The position numbers were made by a program, and so were the translations under genes. Under the pieces are notes generated by a model, which worked only from the letters and a program-made list of their open reading frames with translations, did no database searches and was not told where the DNA came from. Shown here piece after piece: positions 1 through 12,066 of a stretch of DNA of 64,000 bases. This DNA comes from Mobula hypostoma (Eukaryota). Positions within the stretch are counted from its first letter, which is position 1, and each line of letters opens with the position of its first letter. The stretch is from the NCBI RefSeq assembly GCF_963921235.1, contig NC_086107.1, positions 39,618,001-39,682,000 on the forward strand. The letters run 5' to 3'.

Positions 1-39
1 CTATGTTGGTTGATGCTACTCTCTGCATTTCCCTTGGCA

Positions 40-215
40 TTAGTGAGCACCTCGTTTGGATGTGGGCGGAGGGGGTGGGTTGGAATTAGAGCACCTTGGG
101 GAAAACCCACATAGTTGCAGTGAGTAGATGCAAGTTACACACAGACACCACAAAAGGTTGAAATTCGATTCATGTCCCTGGATATGTGAGGCAACCATGT
201 TAACCCATACACCAT
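40..215 (-). mobile_element. Degenerate tRNA-headed V-SINE-like SINE
   Basis: Minus strand reads a decayed tRNA-like head (…GGTTGCCTCACA…) followed by the V-SINE-like core 'GTGGGTTTTCCCCAAGGTGCTC…CCCACATCCAAA'. A similar copy lies at ~33360-33670. Confidence 0.5.
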
Positions 216-1117
216 TGAGCTGCAGATCCTCTTCATATAGAAAAAAAAAGATGCAAAGAACACAGGAAGCTTCCAGTCCAAGAATGCTTGCATTTACAGT
301 TAATGAGTATCTTGACCTCCTGGTCATTCTTATCAAAGTAGTCCTACTTCTTCTTGTTAAAGAAACTAAGAGCCTCTTCACAGGTGACAATTATGATAGA
401 GTTCAGGTCAGCCCGTACTGGATCCTGTTGGCTAGGAGTCAGCAGGTTATCTGTGATGAGCTATCATTGTAGGCTTCTTGATATATCAGATGCAAGTCTT
501 CTGTTGACACTGGTGTTTTGTGAGGCCAAGCTGAGGAAAATAATGAGAGGATTAGGAAGCTGTCAGTTCAGCAATCATGGTTGAGTGATGCCAACATGTT
601 GTCGGTCCCTTTTACAGATGATGATGTAGTCTAGAAGGTGCCAGACCTTGGTGCTGGTCTGTTGACTTCAACACCAGGGTGGGAAAAGACACAGCCCACC
701 GACAAAAGTCATCAGCATGGAAAGAATGGGGAAAGCTAACTCAGGAATGGGTCATCTTCTGCATAGAGCACAACCATGTCATAATGATCACCTAAGACAT
801 CCAGAACCGTGCCCAATTAATCTAATGACCAAAAGGCCACAAGACAAGGTACTGTGCAGAAGTCATAGCCACATATATATAGCTAGGTTGTTGTACTGTA
901 GTAATTTTACGTATTGCACTGTACTGCTGCTGCAAATATAAAACAAAAACATGACAAATGATTCTGATATAGGTCTCTATTGTGGACTGAGAGTGGGAAG
1001 GGGCAGGGCGAGGGGAATCACAAACAAGAGAAAATCTGCAGATGCTGAAAATCTGAACAACACACACAAAATGCTGGAGGAACTCAGCAGGCCAGATAGC
1101 ACCTATGCAAAAAAGTA

Positions 1118-1155
1118 TAGTCGATGTTTCGGGTCGAAACCCTTCGGCAGGACTG
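1118..1155 (-). ncRNA. Minimal hammerhead ribozyme motif in the PLE terminal repeat (core variant)
   Basis: Minus strand: CAGUC-CUGCCGA-AGGGUUUCGACCC-GAAA-CAUC^GACUA. Stem I AGUC/GACU, stem II GGGU/ACCC. The core has A6->C relative to CUGANGA. Confidence 0.65.
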
Positions 1156-1283
1156 AAGAAAAACAGCTGAGGAGTAGATTTGAAAGGTGGGGGGAGAGGA
1201 GAGAGAAATGCTAGGTGATAGGTGAAACTTGGAGGGGAGGGATGAAGCAAAGCACTAGGAAGTTATTGGTGGAAGAGACAGAA

Positions 1284-1766
1284 TGTCATGGTCCGGTCCG
1301 TTGACTAATCATTTCAGTTAATTTCCTTTTCCCCGTGTCCCACTGGGCTCCTTGATTAGGGCACCTGATCCTCATTCGAATCGGCAGCTTAAGAACTCCA
1401 GCTTACATCTACTCGCTGCTGGTTTGTCACTGTAGCCAGGGCAGCGATGCATCTTCCGAGCTGCCAAAAATAAGGGGCTGTCTTCATGAGCTTCTCCGTG
1501 TCAAGATACGTATTGTCTGTTGTTGTTTGGTTTAGTCGTCTCGTTTCCAGCTGAGTAGGTCCAGCCATTTGCCACTACTCAGAGTTGGGTATTCTGTCTC
1601 TTTATGTCCCAGTCCAAGTTCAGGCTCTGTGTTCCAGTCAAGTCCAAGTCCATCTCCATGTCCAAGTCAAGTCCTAGTCCGTCTCCGTGTCCAAGTCAAG
1701 TCCTAGTCCGTCTCTGTGCCTGTGTCCTGCACTTGGGTCCGCTGCCTCCTGCCACACATTGCAACA
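1284..1766 (+). mobile_element. Solo LTR inserted in the PLE
   Basis: TGTCATG…TGCAACA termini with an exact 5-bp TSD CAGAA (1279-1283, 1767-1771). Contains a short AAGTCC-type repeat tract. Strand given is nominal. Confidence 0.85.
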
Positions 1767-4700
1767 CAGAAGGCCATGGAAGAAAGAAGAAGGGGGGAGG
1801 AGCACCAGAGGGAGGTGATGGGCAGACCAGGAAATAACATGAGAGAGGGACAAGAGGATGGGAAATGGTGAAGGTAGGGTGGAGGCATTGCTGGAAATTT
1901 GAGAAATCAATGTTCATACCATCAGGTTGGAGGCTACAGCATATAGGGTGTTGTTCCTCCAACCTAAGTGTGGCCTTATCCCGACAGTGGAGGAGGCCAT
2001 GGATGGATATATCGGAATGGGGCGTGGATCTAAAATGGGTGGCCACTGGAAGATCCTGCTTGTTCTGGCGGACTAAGTGTAGATACTCGATGCAGCACAC
2101 TCCCAATCTATGTCGGGTCTCAGCGATATACAAGAGGCCACACCGGGAGCACCGAACACAGTATATGACCCCCCAACAGAGTCACAGGTGAAGTGTCACC
2201 TCACCTGGAAGGACTGTTTGAGGCCCTGAATGGTAGTGAGGGAGGAGGTATAGGGGCAGGTGAAGCACTTGTTTTGCTTGCAAGGATAAGTGCCAGGAGG
2301 GAGATCAGTGGGGAAGGATGAATGGACAAGGGAGTTGTGCAGGGAGCGATCCGTGTGGAAAGCAGAAAGCGGAAAAGTTGGGAGGGAGGGAAAGGTGGGA
2401 TCCTGTTGGAGGTGGCAGAAGTTTCAGAGAATTATGTGTTGGACATGGAGGCTGGTGGGGTGGTAGGTGAGGACAAGAGCAACCCTGTCCCTGGTAGTAT
2501 GGTGGGAGGATGGGGTAAGAGCAGACGTGTGTGAAATGGAGGAGATGCGGTTGAGGGCAGCATTGATGGTGGAGGAAGAGAAGCCTCTTTCTTTGAAAAA
2601 GGAGGACATCTCCTTCGTTGTAGAATAAAAAGCCTCATCCTGAGAGCAGATGCAGCAGAGACACAGGAAGTGACAGAAGGGGATGGCATTTTTACAAGTA
2701 ATAGATTGGGACAATGTATAGTCTAGGTAGCTGTGAGAGTCTGTTGGGTTATAATAGACATTGCTGGATAAGCTGTCTCCAGAGATAGAGACAAGGAAGG
2801 GAAGTGTTGGAACGGACCAGGTGAATTTGAGACCAGGTGGAAGTTGGAGGCAAAGTGGATGAAATCGAAGAGTTCAGCATCAGTGCAGGGAGAGGGGAAT
2901 CATGGTTGGGAAAGAGGGAAGGAAGAGGGAAGAGAGCAGGAAGCACAAGAGGGACATTCTGTATTGATCAGTAAACTAATTGTTTGGAAGCAAATGACCT
3001 TGCCTGGTGTCTTGGGGCTGGGTGCGTCTGCACCCGTGCCACCCCCTGTCCCTGGCACTCCTTCACTGCCACCTGTACCACAGCCACTCTCCAGCACTCC
3101 ACCCTCACCATTCCCAACATCCTTTGCTCCTGCCAGATTTACAAACTTACTCTGCACTCCATGTTGACAAGTGCAGTACTGTACAAAATTCTCAGCCACC
3201 CTAACTATATACACTTTTGCACAGTACTGTAGGTGCAGAATTAGGCCATTCAGCCCATCAGGTCTGCTCGACCATAACTGATTTATTATTCCTCTCAACC
3301 CCATTCTCCTGCCTTCTTCCTATAACCTTTGAACCCCTTACTAATCAAGCTCCACTTTAAATATACCTAATAACATGGCCTCCACATCCATCTGTGGCTA
3401 ACACTCTCAGGCTAACAAAGTTCTTCCTTAACTCTGTTCAAAAGGGACATCTTTCTCTTCTGAGACTGTGCTGTCTGGTCCTAGACTCTCCACATTCACT
3501 CTGTCTAGGCCTTTCAATATTCAACTGGATTCAATGAGATATCCCCTCATTGTCTAAACTCCAGCGAGTACAAGCCCAGATCTATCCTCATACATTGGCG
3601 TTTTCATTCTCGGGGACCATTCTTGTGAATCTCCTCTGGACCCTCTCCAATTCCAGCACATCCCTCCATAGATAAAGGGCCCAAAGCTGCTCACAATACG
3701 CTAGGTGCGGTCTGACCAATGCCTTATAAAGCCTCAGCATTACATCCTTGCTTTTGCATTCCACTCCTGTTGAAATGTGTTCTAACATTGCATTTGTCTT
3801 CCTTACCATCCACTCAGCCTGCAACTTAACTTTAGGGAATCCTACACATAGATTCCGAAGTCCCTCTGCACCAATGATTTCTGAATTTGCACCCCATTTA
3901 GAAAATAGTCCATGCCTTTATTCCTGCTACAGAAGTGCATGAGCATACACATTTCTACACTGTATTCCATCTGCCACTTGTTTGCTTTGTCCATTTTCCA
4001 TATCTGTCTAAGTCCTTTAGCAGACTCCCTGCTTCCTCAACATGCCTGCTCCTCCACCTATCTTCAAATCATCTGCAAACTTGGCCACAAAGTCATCAAT
4101 TCCTTCATCCAAATCATTGACATATAATGTGAAAAGAAGCAGTCCTAACACCGAACCCTGCAGAACCCACTAGTCACCATCAGCCAACCAGAAACGGCCT
4201 CCTTTATTCCCATTCTTTGCCTCCTTTTATTTCCTCAAAAAATTCCAACAGGTTTCTCAGAAAAGATTTCCTCTTAAGGAAACCATGCTGACTTCAGTCT
4301 ATTTCACCTTGTACCACCACGTACCCTAAAATCTCATCCTTAAAAATGGACACCAACATCTTTCCCAGCTCTAAATTCAGGCTAGATGGCCTATAATATC
4401 CTATCTTTTGCCTCCCTCCTTTCTTAAAGAGTGGAGCGACATTGTGATTTGCCAGTCCCCTGGAACCATTCCAGAATCTCGTGATTCTTGAAAGATCATT
4501 ATTGATGCCTCCACAGTCCCCTCAGCTACCTCTTTCAGAACACTTGGGCCCATCTGGTCCAGGTGACTTAATTATCATCAGACCTTTAAGCTTCCCAAGC
4601 ATCTTTGCCTTATTAATAGCAACTGTACTCACTTCTGCACCCTAACATTCTAGAATTACTGACGTATTGCTTGTATCTTCCACAGTGAAGAATGACACAA

Positions 4701-5333
4701 AATACTTATTTAGTTCAACTGCCATTTCTGTGTCCTCTATTACCACTCCAGCATTATTTTCCAGCTGTCTGATAACCACTTTTACCACTTGTTCTATATC
4801 TAAAAATATTTTGATATCTTCTTTGATATCATTGGTTAGCTTACTTTCATATTTCATCTTTCTCTCCTTATGATTTTTTTGGTTGCCTTCTGACGGTTTT
4901 TAAAAGCTTACCAATCCTCTAACTTTCCACTAATCTTTGCAATACGTATTGTATGTAATATCTTTTGCTTTTATGCTCTCTTTGACTTCCCTTGTTAGCC
5001 ATGGTTACCTCACCCTCCCTTTGGAATATTTCTTCTGTGGGATATCTCAATCTTGCACCTTCCAAATTACTCCCAGAAACTTCAGCCATTGCTGTTTGGC
5101 CATCATGCTGCTCGTTTCACCTTCCAATCATCTTTGACCAACACCTCTCTCATGCCTCTACTGTAACACTTATCCTTCTGATTTTAGCTTCTTCCTCTCA
5201 AACTTTGTGGTGAATTCTGTCATATTGTGATCACTGCATCCTAAGGGTTCCCTTACCTTAAGCTCCCTAATAAAATCTGGTTCATTATACAACATTCATC
5301 CCACAATTGCCTTTTTTCTTAGGGGGTTCAATC

Positions 5334-6489
5334 TGTTACAATGTGGCATTGGGGGCGGACCCAAGTGCAGACACGTAAGTAGCATTAACAGAAGTATGTT
5401 TATTAATAGTTGCCAGGAAAGCCGGGGAGTGAGGATAGAATGCTTACGCGGAAGAGGATGTGGGACAACAAACAGGAGGAGCTCGGACACGGAACCTAGA
5501 CTTGGACTAGGGCACAGAGCCTGGACTCAGACTTGGACTTGGAGCCGGAGCCTGGACTTGGACACAGAGCCCGGACTTGGACTGGGAGCATGAACTTGGA
5601 CTCAGACTTGGACCCAGAGCCTGGACTTGGACTTAGACCCGGACTTGGACCCGGAGCATGGACTTGGACTTGGACCCAGACTTGAACACAGAGCCTGGAC
5701 TTGGACCCGGAGTGTGGACTTGGACCTGAAGCCTAGACTTGAACTTGAACTTGGACCCAGACCCAGAGCCTGGACTTGGACTTGGAGCATGGACTTGGAT
5801 TCAGACTTGGACCCGGAGCCTGGACCTGGACTTGGACCTGGACCCAGAGTCTGGACTTGGACTTGGACTCGAGCCTGGACTTGAACTTGGACTCGGACAT
5901 GGAGAGACAGAATACTCAACTCAGAGTAGTGGCAAATGGCTGGACCTACTCATCTGGAAATGAGGCGACCAAACCAAACAACAACAGATAATACATATCT
6001 TGACACGGAGTAGTTCATGAAGCGGCAAATGGCTGGCAATCACTCAGATGGACACGAAGAGACAGAATTCCCAACTTGGAGTAGCGGCAAATGGCCGGAC
6101 CTACTCAGCTGGAAACGAGATGACAAAAACCAAAAAATGACACTCCATTTAATCAGCCAGCAAATCTCAGTCGGACATGAAAACAACAGAATTCGCATCT
6201 TGACTTGGAGCAGTGGCAAAACGGGCGGCAACTCAGCTGGACACAAAAATGACTGAATTCACTAAGCAGCCACAGGCACCGAAGCAACATAGAGTCCATG
6301 ATTCTTGGCAGCTCCGGGACGAGCATAGCTGCACTGCCTACAGTGACGAACCAGCAGTGAGTAGATGTAAGCCAGAATTTTTATGCTGCCGGTTCGAATG
6401 AGGATCAGGTGCCCTAATCAAGGAGCCCAGTGGAACAGAGGGAAAAGGAAATTAATTGAAATGAGGAGTCAACAGACCAGACCGTGACA
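5334..6489 (-). mobile_element. Solo LTR, same family as 1284-1766 in opposite orientation, expanded by internal tandem repeats
   Basis: TGTTACA…GTGACA termini; TSD CAATC/CAATT (5329-5333, 6490-6494). The reverse complement matches 1284-1766 (e.g. GGATCAGGTGCCCTAATCAAGGAGCCCAGTGG). Confidence 0.85.
5485..5900. repeat. GGACTT/GGACCC/AGAGCC hexamer-based minisatellite inside the LTR
   Basis: Direct reading shows repeated GGACTT hexamers punctuated by GGACCC(A/G)GAGCCT. It produces the spurious LDLDPD, GLGLGP and WTWTW ORFs. Confidence 0.95.
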
Positions 6490-9319
6490 CAATTACAACT
6501 GCTCTAAAAAGCTATCTCTTAGGCATTCCACAATCTCCTACTCTTGGGATCCAGCATCAACCTGATTTTCCCAGTTTACCTGCATATTGAAATCCCCCAA
6601 GACTGTTAAAACATCACCCTTTTTACATGCCCTTTTAATCTCCCATTGTAGCTTCTACCCTACATTCTGGCTATTGTTCAGAGGCCTACATAAAACTCCC
6701 ATCAGGGTCTTTTTACCCTTGCAGTTTCTTAACTCTACCAACAAGGTTTCTATATCATCTCTTTCTAAGGAGTTGATTTCATTTTTACCAATAAAGCCAA
6801 CCCACCCCCTCTGCCCTCCTGCCTGTCCTTTCAATACAATGTGTATCCTTGGATGTTGAGCTCCCAACTATGATCTTCTTTCAGCCATGACTCAGTGATG
6901 CCCACTGTGTCTTACTTGCCAATCACTTTCTGTGCTACAAGATCATCTAATTTCTTTTGGGTGCTGCATTCAAATATAACGCCTTCAGTCTTGTATTCAT
7001 CACCCTTTTCAATTTTGCCCCCATGTTACAGGAAGTTAAATTCTTACCTCTTTCTAAACTACACACTGCATCTACTCGTATATCAACTGCCCCGTCCTCT
7101 GAGCTATCTTTCTGGTTCATATCCCTCTGTTAAATCATTTTAAACTGTCTCCAACAGTTCTAGCAAACCTGCCCACAAGGATATTGGCCTCCCTCAAATC
7201 CAGGTATAATGCTTCCTTTTTGTACAGGCCATACCTTCCCCAGAAGTGATCCCAATGATCCAGAAATCTGAACCCCTGCCCCCTGCACCAATTCCTCAGC
7301 CACACATTCATCTGCCAAATGATCCTATTCTTACCACCACAGGTGTGTGGTAAAGGCTGCGATCCAGAGATTACTACATTTGAGATTCTGCTTTTCAACT
7401 TTCTACCTAACTTCCTGTAACCTCTCTTTAGGACCTCATCCCTTTTCCTACCAATGTCAATGCTACCGGTAGGTACCATGACTTCTGGCTACTCACCTTC
7501 AGGGTGCTGTGGGGGGGCCGTCCCTGACCCTGACACTTGGGAGGGAACATCCCATCTGGTTGTCTCTTTCACACCTGTAGAATCTCTCGTGCAGCTATAG
7601 TTATCAGGGAGACTGGAGGTCTGCCAGAGTTCCCACGTCTCACACAAGGAACATACCATCAGCCATGGGCCCATTCTCACTGCACTAGTGATGTGCTAAA
7701 AGATAAAGAAAGACAGAAACTTACCAGAAACCTATCTAGAGCCTTTGCCACTTCTTACCCAAGCCTATTAAGCAAAAGCTTGACCACCCTAGCACTGTCC
7801 ACTCACACAATAGCTGCTCCCACAATTGCCACTCTGCTTAAACCTAACTTATTTTATTGGCCTTTGCCAAGTGCTTAATAGATAGTTATAAAACCCACAG
7901 ATTGTTGCTAAAAGTTCAGGAAAGTGGTTATAACATAATCACAAAAGCCAAACTTAATTGATATTTGGCAGGGTTATATTTACAGTCAAGCAAGTGGTTC
8001 AAGCTTAAGAAAATAAAATAAGACTTTTACTTCACTTTCACTTTTTCCGACCGCCGAGATAGCACAGCTCCATAGCCAATAAAGTATATTATGAAATGTA
8101 GCCAATGCTGGTTTAACAAGAGCGGAAAGAAACAATAACCCTCTCCATGTAGGCTCGACAATGAAATACCTTATCAATATATTACCTCCTTTTGACAAAT
8201 TGCTTTAGATCTCATTGAAGATTTTCGGCAAGTGCACAACATATCTGAATCAAACTCTATCAAAACCGATTGTGCGCTAAAAGATTTCAGAATAAACGGG
8301 TTTGAGGTTAAACCACCATCTCGGGATCACTCCCCACCTGGGAAAACAGATGCTATTGTACGTCCAAGAACCACATCGGAACTCCAGCTGCCGCTGCGAT
8401 CCAAGTTTTTCTTATGTTAGGAGTTGGCTCGTTAAAAACGTAATTACAAAGGTACTTTAATACTGATTTGTATCCAACTACATGTTGCTGTGAAGGTAGC
8501 GCCAAAAAGTGACAGGCGTTAAAGTAATCTCACGCTATTTTTTCTCGAGATTTCTCAGGGCTGATATGGTGCATGACACTTAATAAATAAAAACATTGGT
8601 CTTTTATTATCACAGGGCCCGCCAAAAGAACGTGCTTTGATGGCCGAATGCCGTTTTACCTTACGGTATGTTTTCAGCAAACTTCAAACTACTCACGCAG
8701 AACGGACATCATTCTATTTCGTTTACAGTAAAAGTTAACGGGAAATGGAAACTAATAAATACAAACGAATGTCTTTTTAAAAAAATTCTCGACACTGCGC
8801 ATAACATGGTGCACCTGAGTTTACATTCATTTGTTCCTCCAGGAAATCCTTCACACGTAGAGCCCATTCACTGAAACAGATTTCAGAAATTTCATTGATA
8901 ATTAAATTGACGCAAGCTGAAGAGTAACAATAGTAAAATCTGTTTTCTTTTAAGGAAAAGAAAATGTTAACCAGAACCACTTAAGTCCAATAACTGACTG
9001 TAATGTAAAATGATACATATGCCTATCTGGCTGGTTGCAGTGTGTAAAAAAACACTAAACCACAATATTGCAGATCGAACTAGCCTCGGGCTATTCTGGC
9101 AGAGCTCATAAACCGGTTGTTTATGGGCTTTCCTATCAGTCTAACTTTATTTTGCCTTTAGTGAAGAGTGCCCAATTCTATATTTTCCATAAGTTCCGGG
9201 TAAGAATTGAAAAGCTCCGTATCCGATAGTCATTGTTTGCTTCATTGCCTCGAGAATTTTAGTTGCGATTGAATTTTGAAAAGAACGCTTTAGTTCAATA
9301 GTTGATCAAATTGCAATCA

Positions 9320-9365
9320 GAACTTCCGCTTCATGCAAAGTTCTATAAAGCAACTCAGCTGTGGA
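9320..9365 (+). promoter_or_regulatory. Candidate core promoter of the bHLH gene
   Basis: ETS-like ACTTCCG (9322-9328), TATAAAG (9344-9350) and E-box CAGCTG (9356-9361), ~330 bp upstream of the ATG. A polypyrimidine tract and TTCAG acceptors just before the ATG suggest a 5'UTR intron. Confidence 0.3.
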
Positions 9366-9673
9366 CTGTTTGCTTAATAATCATGTGGATCGAAAAGTTT
9401 TGAATTTATTTTGAATTGCACCTTATAGATGCTTGATTTTTTTAAAAAATCAGCGCTAGATTTCAATCTGATATATATTGCATTCTAGAACCTGGTCACT
9501 AGTTAGATATATTAAAATGTATGTGCGCCGGTTCTTATGTTCTGTGGAATGTATTCACTATTCTGATTTCTGATGATGTTAAGCTATTTTGAAATTGCTT
9601 CTCTTGTTCCAAAACTAATTTCGTTTTTCTTTAATCTTGTATTTGACATTCCCTGTGCGAGTTCAGTTCAGCT

Positions 9674-10297
9674 ATGATCGGAAGCCCCATGGCGCTGAGA
9701 TCTCCGGGTTACGTGTACCAGGTGGAGCCTGAAGGTTACGACAGTTTGTTGGAGAGGATAAGTTTCCCGGACGCGCCCTGCGTGCAGGTGGCTCCGTCAT
9801 TCCCGGCCGATCTGTCCGCGCTGCAGTCGGGCACCGAGCCGCCCCGACTCCGGCACCCCGACGAGATCTCGCTGCTGTCTTTCGCTGATCATGCCTATCC
9901 CGATGCCTTCGGCAACGACGCCTTCTCGGGCTGGCACTACTTCCCTCAGATGCCTCTCCAGAGCCCCTTCACTGCTGTCTACGACTACTCGTACGAGCCC
10001 GCCTTCATCCGCAAGCGCAACGAAAGGGAGAGGCAGCGGGTGAAGTGCGTGAACGAGGGCTACGCCCGGTTGAGGCAGCACCTACCGCAGGAGGTGGCCG
10101 AGAAAAGACTCAGCAAGGTGGAGACGCTGAGAGCCGCCATCAGCTACATCAAAGAGCTGCAGTCTCTGCTCCGGCTGCACGGCGACTACGTGGAGAGGCA
10201 GCCGGCCGGGAACGCCGTTTCCCAGGCAACGGGTGCCCTAGAAGCAGGCACGGACAACCACTCCGCAAACAGGGTGACTGCAGACCCGAAGGGGTAA
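9674..10297 (+). CDS. ASCL3: Achaete-scute family bHLH transcription factor (ASCL3/4/5 subgroup; ASCL3 by synteny)
   Basis: 207-aa GC-rich ORF with 'YEPAFIRKRNERERQRVKCVNEGYARLRQHLP…EKRLSKVETLRAAISYIKELQSLL'. It lies upstream of and co-oriented with a C11orf16-like gene, as ASCL3 does in human. Sequence alone does not exclude ASCL5. Confidence 0.9.
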   Translation: MIGSPMALRSPGYVYQVEPEGYDSLLERISFPDAPCVQVAPSFPADLSALQSGTEPPRLRHPDEISLLSFADHAYPDAFGNDAFSGWHYFPQMPLQSPFTAVYDYSYEPAFIRKRNERERQRVKCVNEGYARLRQHLPQEVAEKRLSKVETLRAAISYIKELQSLLRLHGDYVERQPAGNAVSQATGALEAGTDNHSANRVTADPKG

Positions 10298-11892
10298 CCG
10301 GGGGCAACGAGAGGATCAGCCGGGCAAAGGGCAGAAGCGCCGTGCCTCTGATCCCACCGGAGGAGGAGACAGGATACTGTACCAGGAAATACAAGATCAG
10401 AGGCAGCGGGCGAATTCCTGCCGTACCTGACAACGGAAGATTATTTTGCAGTAATTTATGGCTTTAAAGCCAATTTCACTGACAATAATACGCTATTTGG
10501 GAACAAATTCAAGAACTGGTCAGAGCAAATTATTTAAATAACACAGAAGAAACGAGCTCACTTCGCCACTTACATACCTGAGATTGGGTGCTACTTTATT
10601 CCCAGGTCTGCGGCGTGTGGGCATTAATTTTAAATGAGTGATTTTAGCGCTCTGTACTTGTTTCCTATCAGTGGTCTGAACGCGGCTGAGAAGTCAAGCC
10701 TGTGAGCCTGGGCCGCAGCTCAATACTTGATCCATGATCCCATGGCTTCTTGGAGCAGTTAATCACACCCTCCCCTCCTTTGATGCTTCTCGTGCCCGAA
10801 TATCCGTTATTCTCAAATATGAACACCTCTCTCATTTCATCACAACATTTCTGAATTAAAAACAAAATTTCCCATTCTTTACCCCGTGTAATTCACAAGA
10901 GTTTTCCAGTACTCACCCTATAAAACCCTCTCAAAATTCTAATTCTTATCCTTCCAAACGCAGTAAGTCAATTACCCCTCATCCCTACAATCAATAGCAA
11001 ATCTACGGCACGTTTATCAATTTAATCTTCCTTGGGTCCGGAAACCAAAACTGCCCACAGTACTCCGGGCGAGAGTTTACCAAAGTTAGATATCTTTATC
11101 CTTGGCTACAAGTCCGTTACAATAAAAACCATTGTGTAAAACACCTCTTCGATTGTTTGGCGTGCCATCTACCAACTTCTTACCTAGAGCATATCATTTC
11201 CAACAGTACTTACTGGGTTCTCGCCAACTTAAAACAAAATACATTCAATAGCTATTCATCACGCTGAAACAGGAAACTCGTTCATCGTTCCACCGTCTTT
11301 TTGTGCGCTCCTTTAATCCGACTCTTCTCGCCCATCTCCGAGCTCATTTCCCCGTCGAGCTTTCCACAGTGAACAAAAATACACACTATACGCTCCGTTA
11401 AGAAACACAAAGCTCTGCATTTTTCTTTGGATGTGGTTTTAATCATTAAAATTAAATGGGGACAATAGACAGCACTTTATAATCATAACAACGATGGGGC
11501 AATTGTTTCTTATCCTATTGGTCTGCTTTGTTCTTCATTTACTCCAGGAGCTAACAAAATAGTTTGGAACACATTGCACTGAAGTAAGTCATGACAAGAA
11601 CCCATCATGGCCGATCAGACAATCAATATGGAATCAAAATGTGAAGAGAGTGGGACGCCTTAAGTGAAAATTGAGGCTCAAATAGAGAACAACGTTTCCT
11701 TAATCGTTGCCTTATTAGTGGAGAGGGTAGTTGTGGAATAAATTTTACTGTACTAAGGAACGGGGTTAGTTCTGTTGCAGACCTTCAACGTTATTGAATT
11801 TTTTTGGTGGTATATTTTTCCTTACTAAAGCTTCGATCCCAGGTCGATTGCGAATCAATACCTGGCTTTAAAAACGACTTGGTTTTATTGAT

Positions 11893-12066
11893 AAACACAC
11901 ACACAAAATGCTGGTGAACGCAGCAGGCCAGGCAGCATCTATAAGAAGAGGTACTGTCGACGTCGACTGCACCTCTTCCTATAGATGCTGCCTGGCCTGC
12001 TGCGTTCACCAGCACTTTTTCTGTGTGTTGCTTGAATTTCCAGCATCTGCTGATTTCCTCGTGTTC
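11893..12066. mobile_element. Fold-back (palindromic) Penelope-derived mini-element
   Basis: ~68-bp near-perfect inverted arms around GTCGAC|GTCGAC (axis 11961/11962) plus a 37-bp unpaired PLE 3' tail. TSD GGTTTTATT(G/A)AT at 11881-11892 and 12067-12078. Confidence 0.85.

Larger units (their letters stand above)
1021..2884 (-). mobile_element. 5'-truncated Penelope-like element (PLE; GIY-YIG endonuclease, RT-thumb remnants)
   Basis: ORF 1696..2133(-) 'YIAETRHRLG…DLPVATHF…EEQH…LQPDGMNIDFSNF' matches the PLE GIY-YIG C-terminus; 2424..2714(-) has 'IPFCHFLCLCCICSQDEAF'. TSD GCAGGG(C/A)GAGGGGAATCA at 1003-1020 and 2885-2902. Confidence 0.9.
848..3229. mobile_element. Non-autonomous Tc1/mariner-type element (MITE), split by a Penelope insertion
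   Basis: Termini GTACTGTGCAGAAGT (~849) and ACTTTTGCACAGTACTG|TA (3213-3231). It sits in the 3' tail of the adjacent CR1. The internal sequence resumes at 2885 after an 18-bp duplication. Confidence 0.65.
3230..7680 (-). mobile_element. Near-full-length decayed CR1-clade LINE (SGNH-esterase ORF1, APE endonuclease, RT remnants)
   Basis: 3588..3824 'LYKALVRPHLAYCEQLW…ELERVQRRFTRM'; 6655..6867 EN 'VELRNCKGKKTLMGVLCRP'; 7135..7479 ORF1 esterase 'DIGRKRDEVLK…VVISG…NVWLRNWCRGQGFRFLDHW'. Confidence 0.9.

Noticed and set aside
5396-5991. Multiple overlapping ORFs (LDLDPD, GLGLGP, WTWTW, VQVQV)
   Set aside because: Translation artefacts of a hexamer array inside a solo LTR.
9797-10467. Alternative-frame and antisense ORFs overlapping the bHLH gene
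   Set aside because: Expected in GC-rich coding DNA; no recognisable domain.
11893-12030. miRNA precursor call for the hairpin
   Set aside because: Fully explained as inverted Penelope repeats with essentially no loop; a small-RNA role would need expression data.
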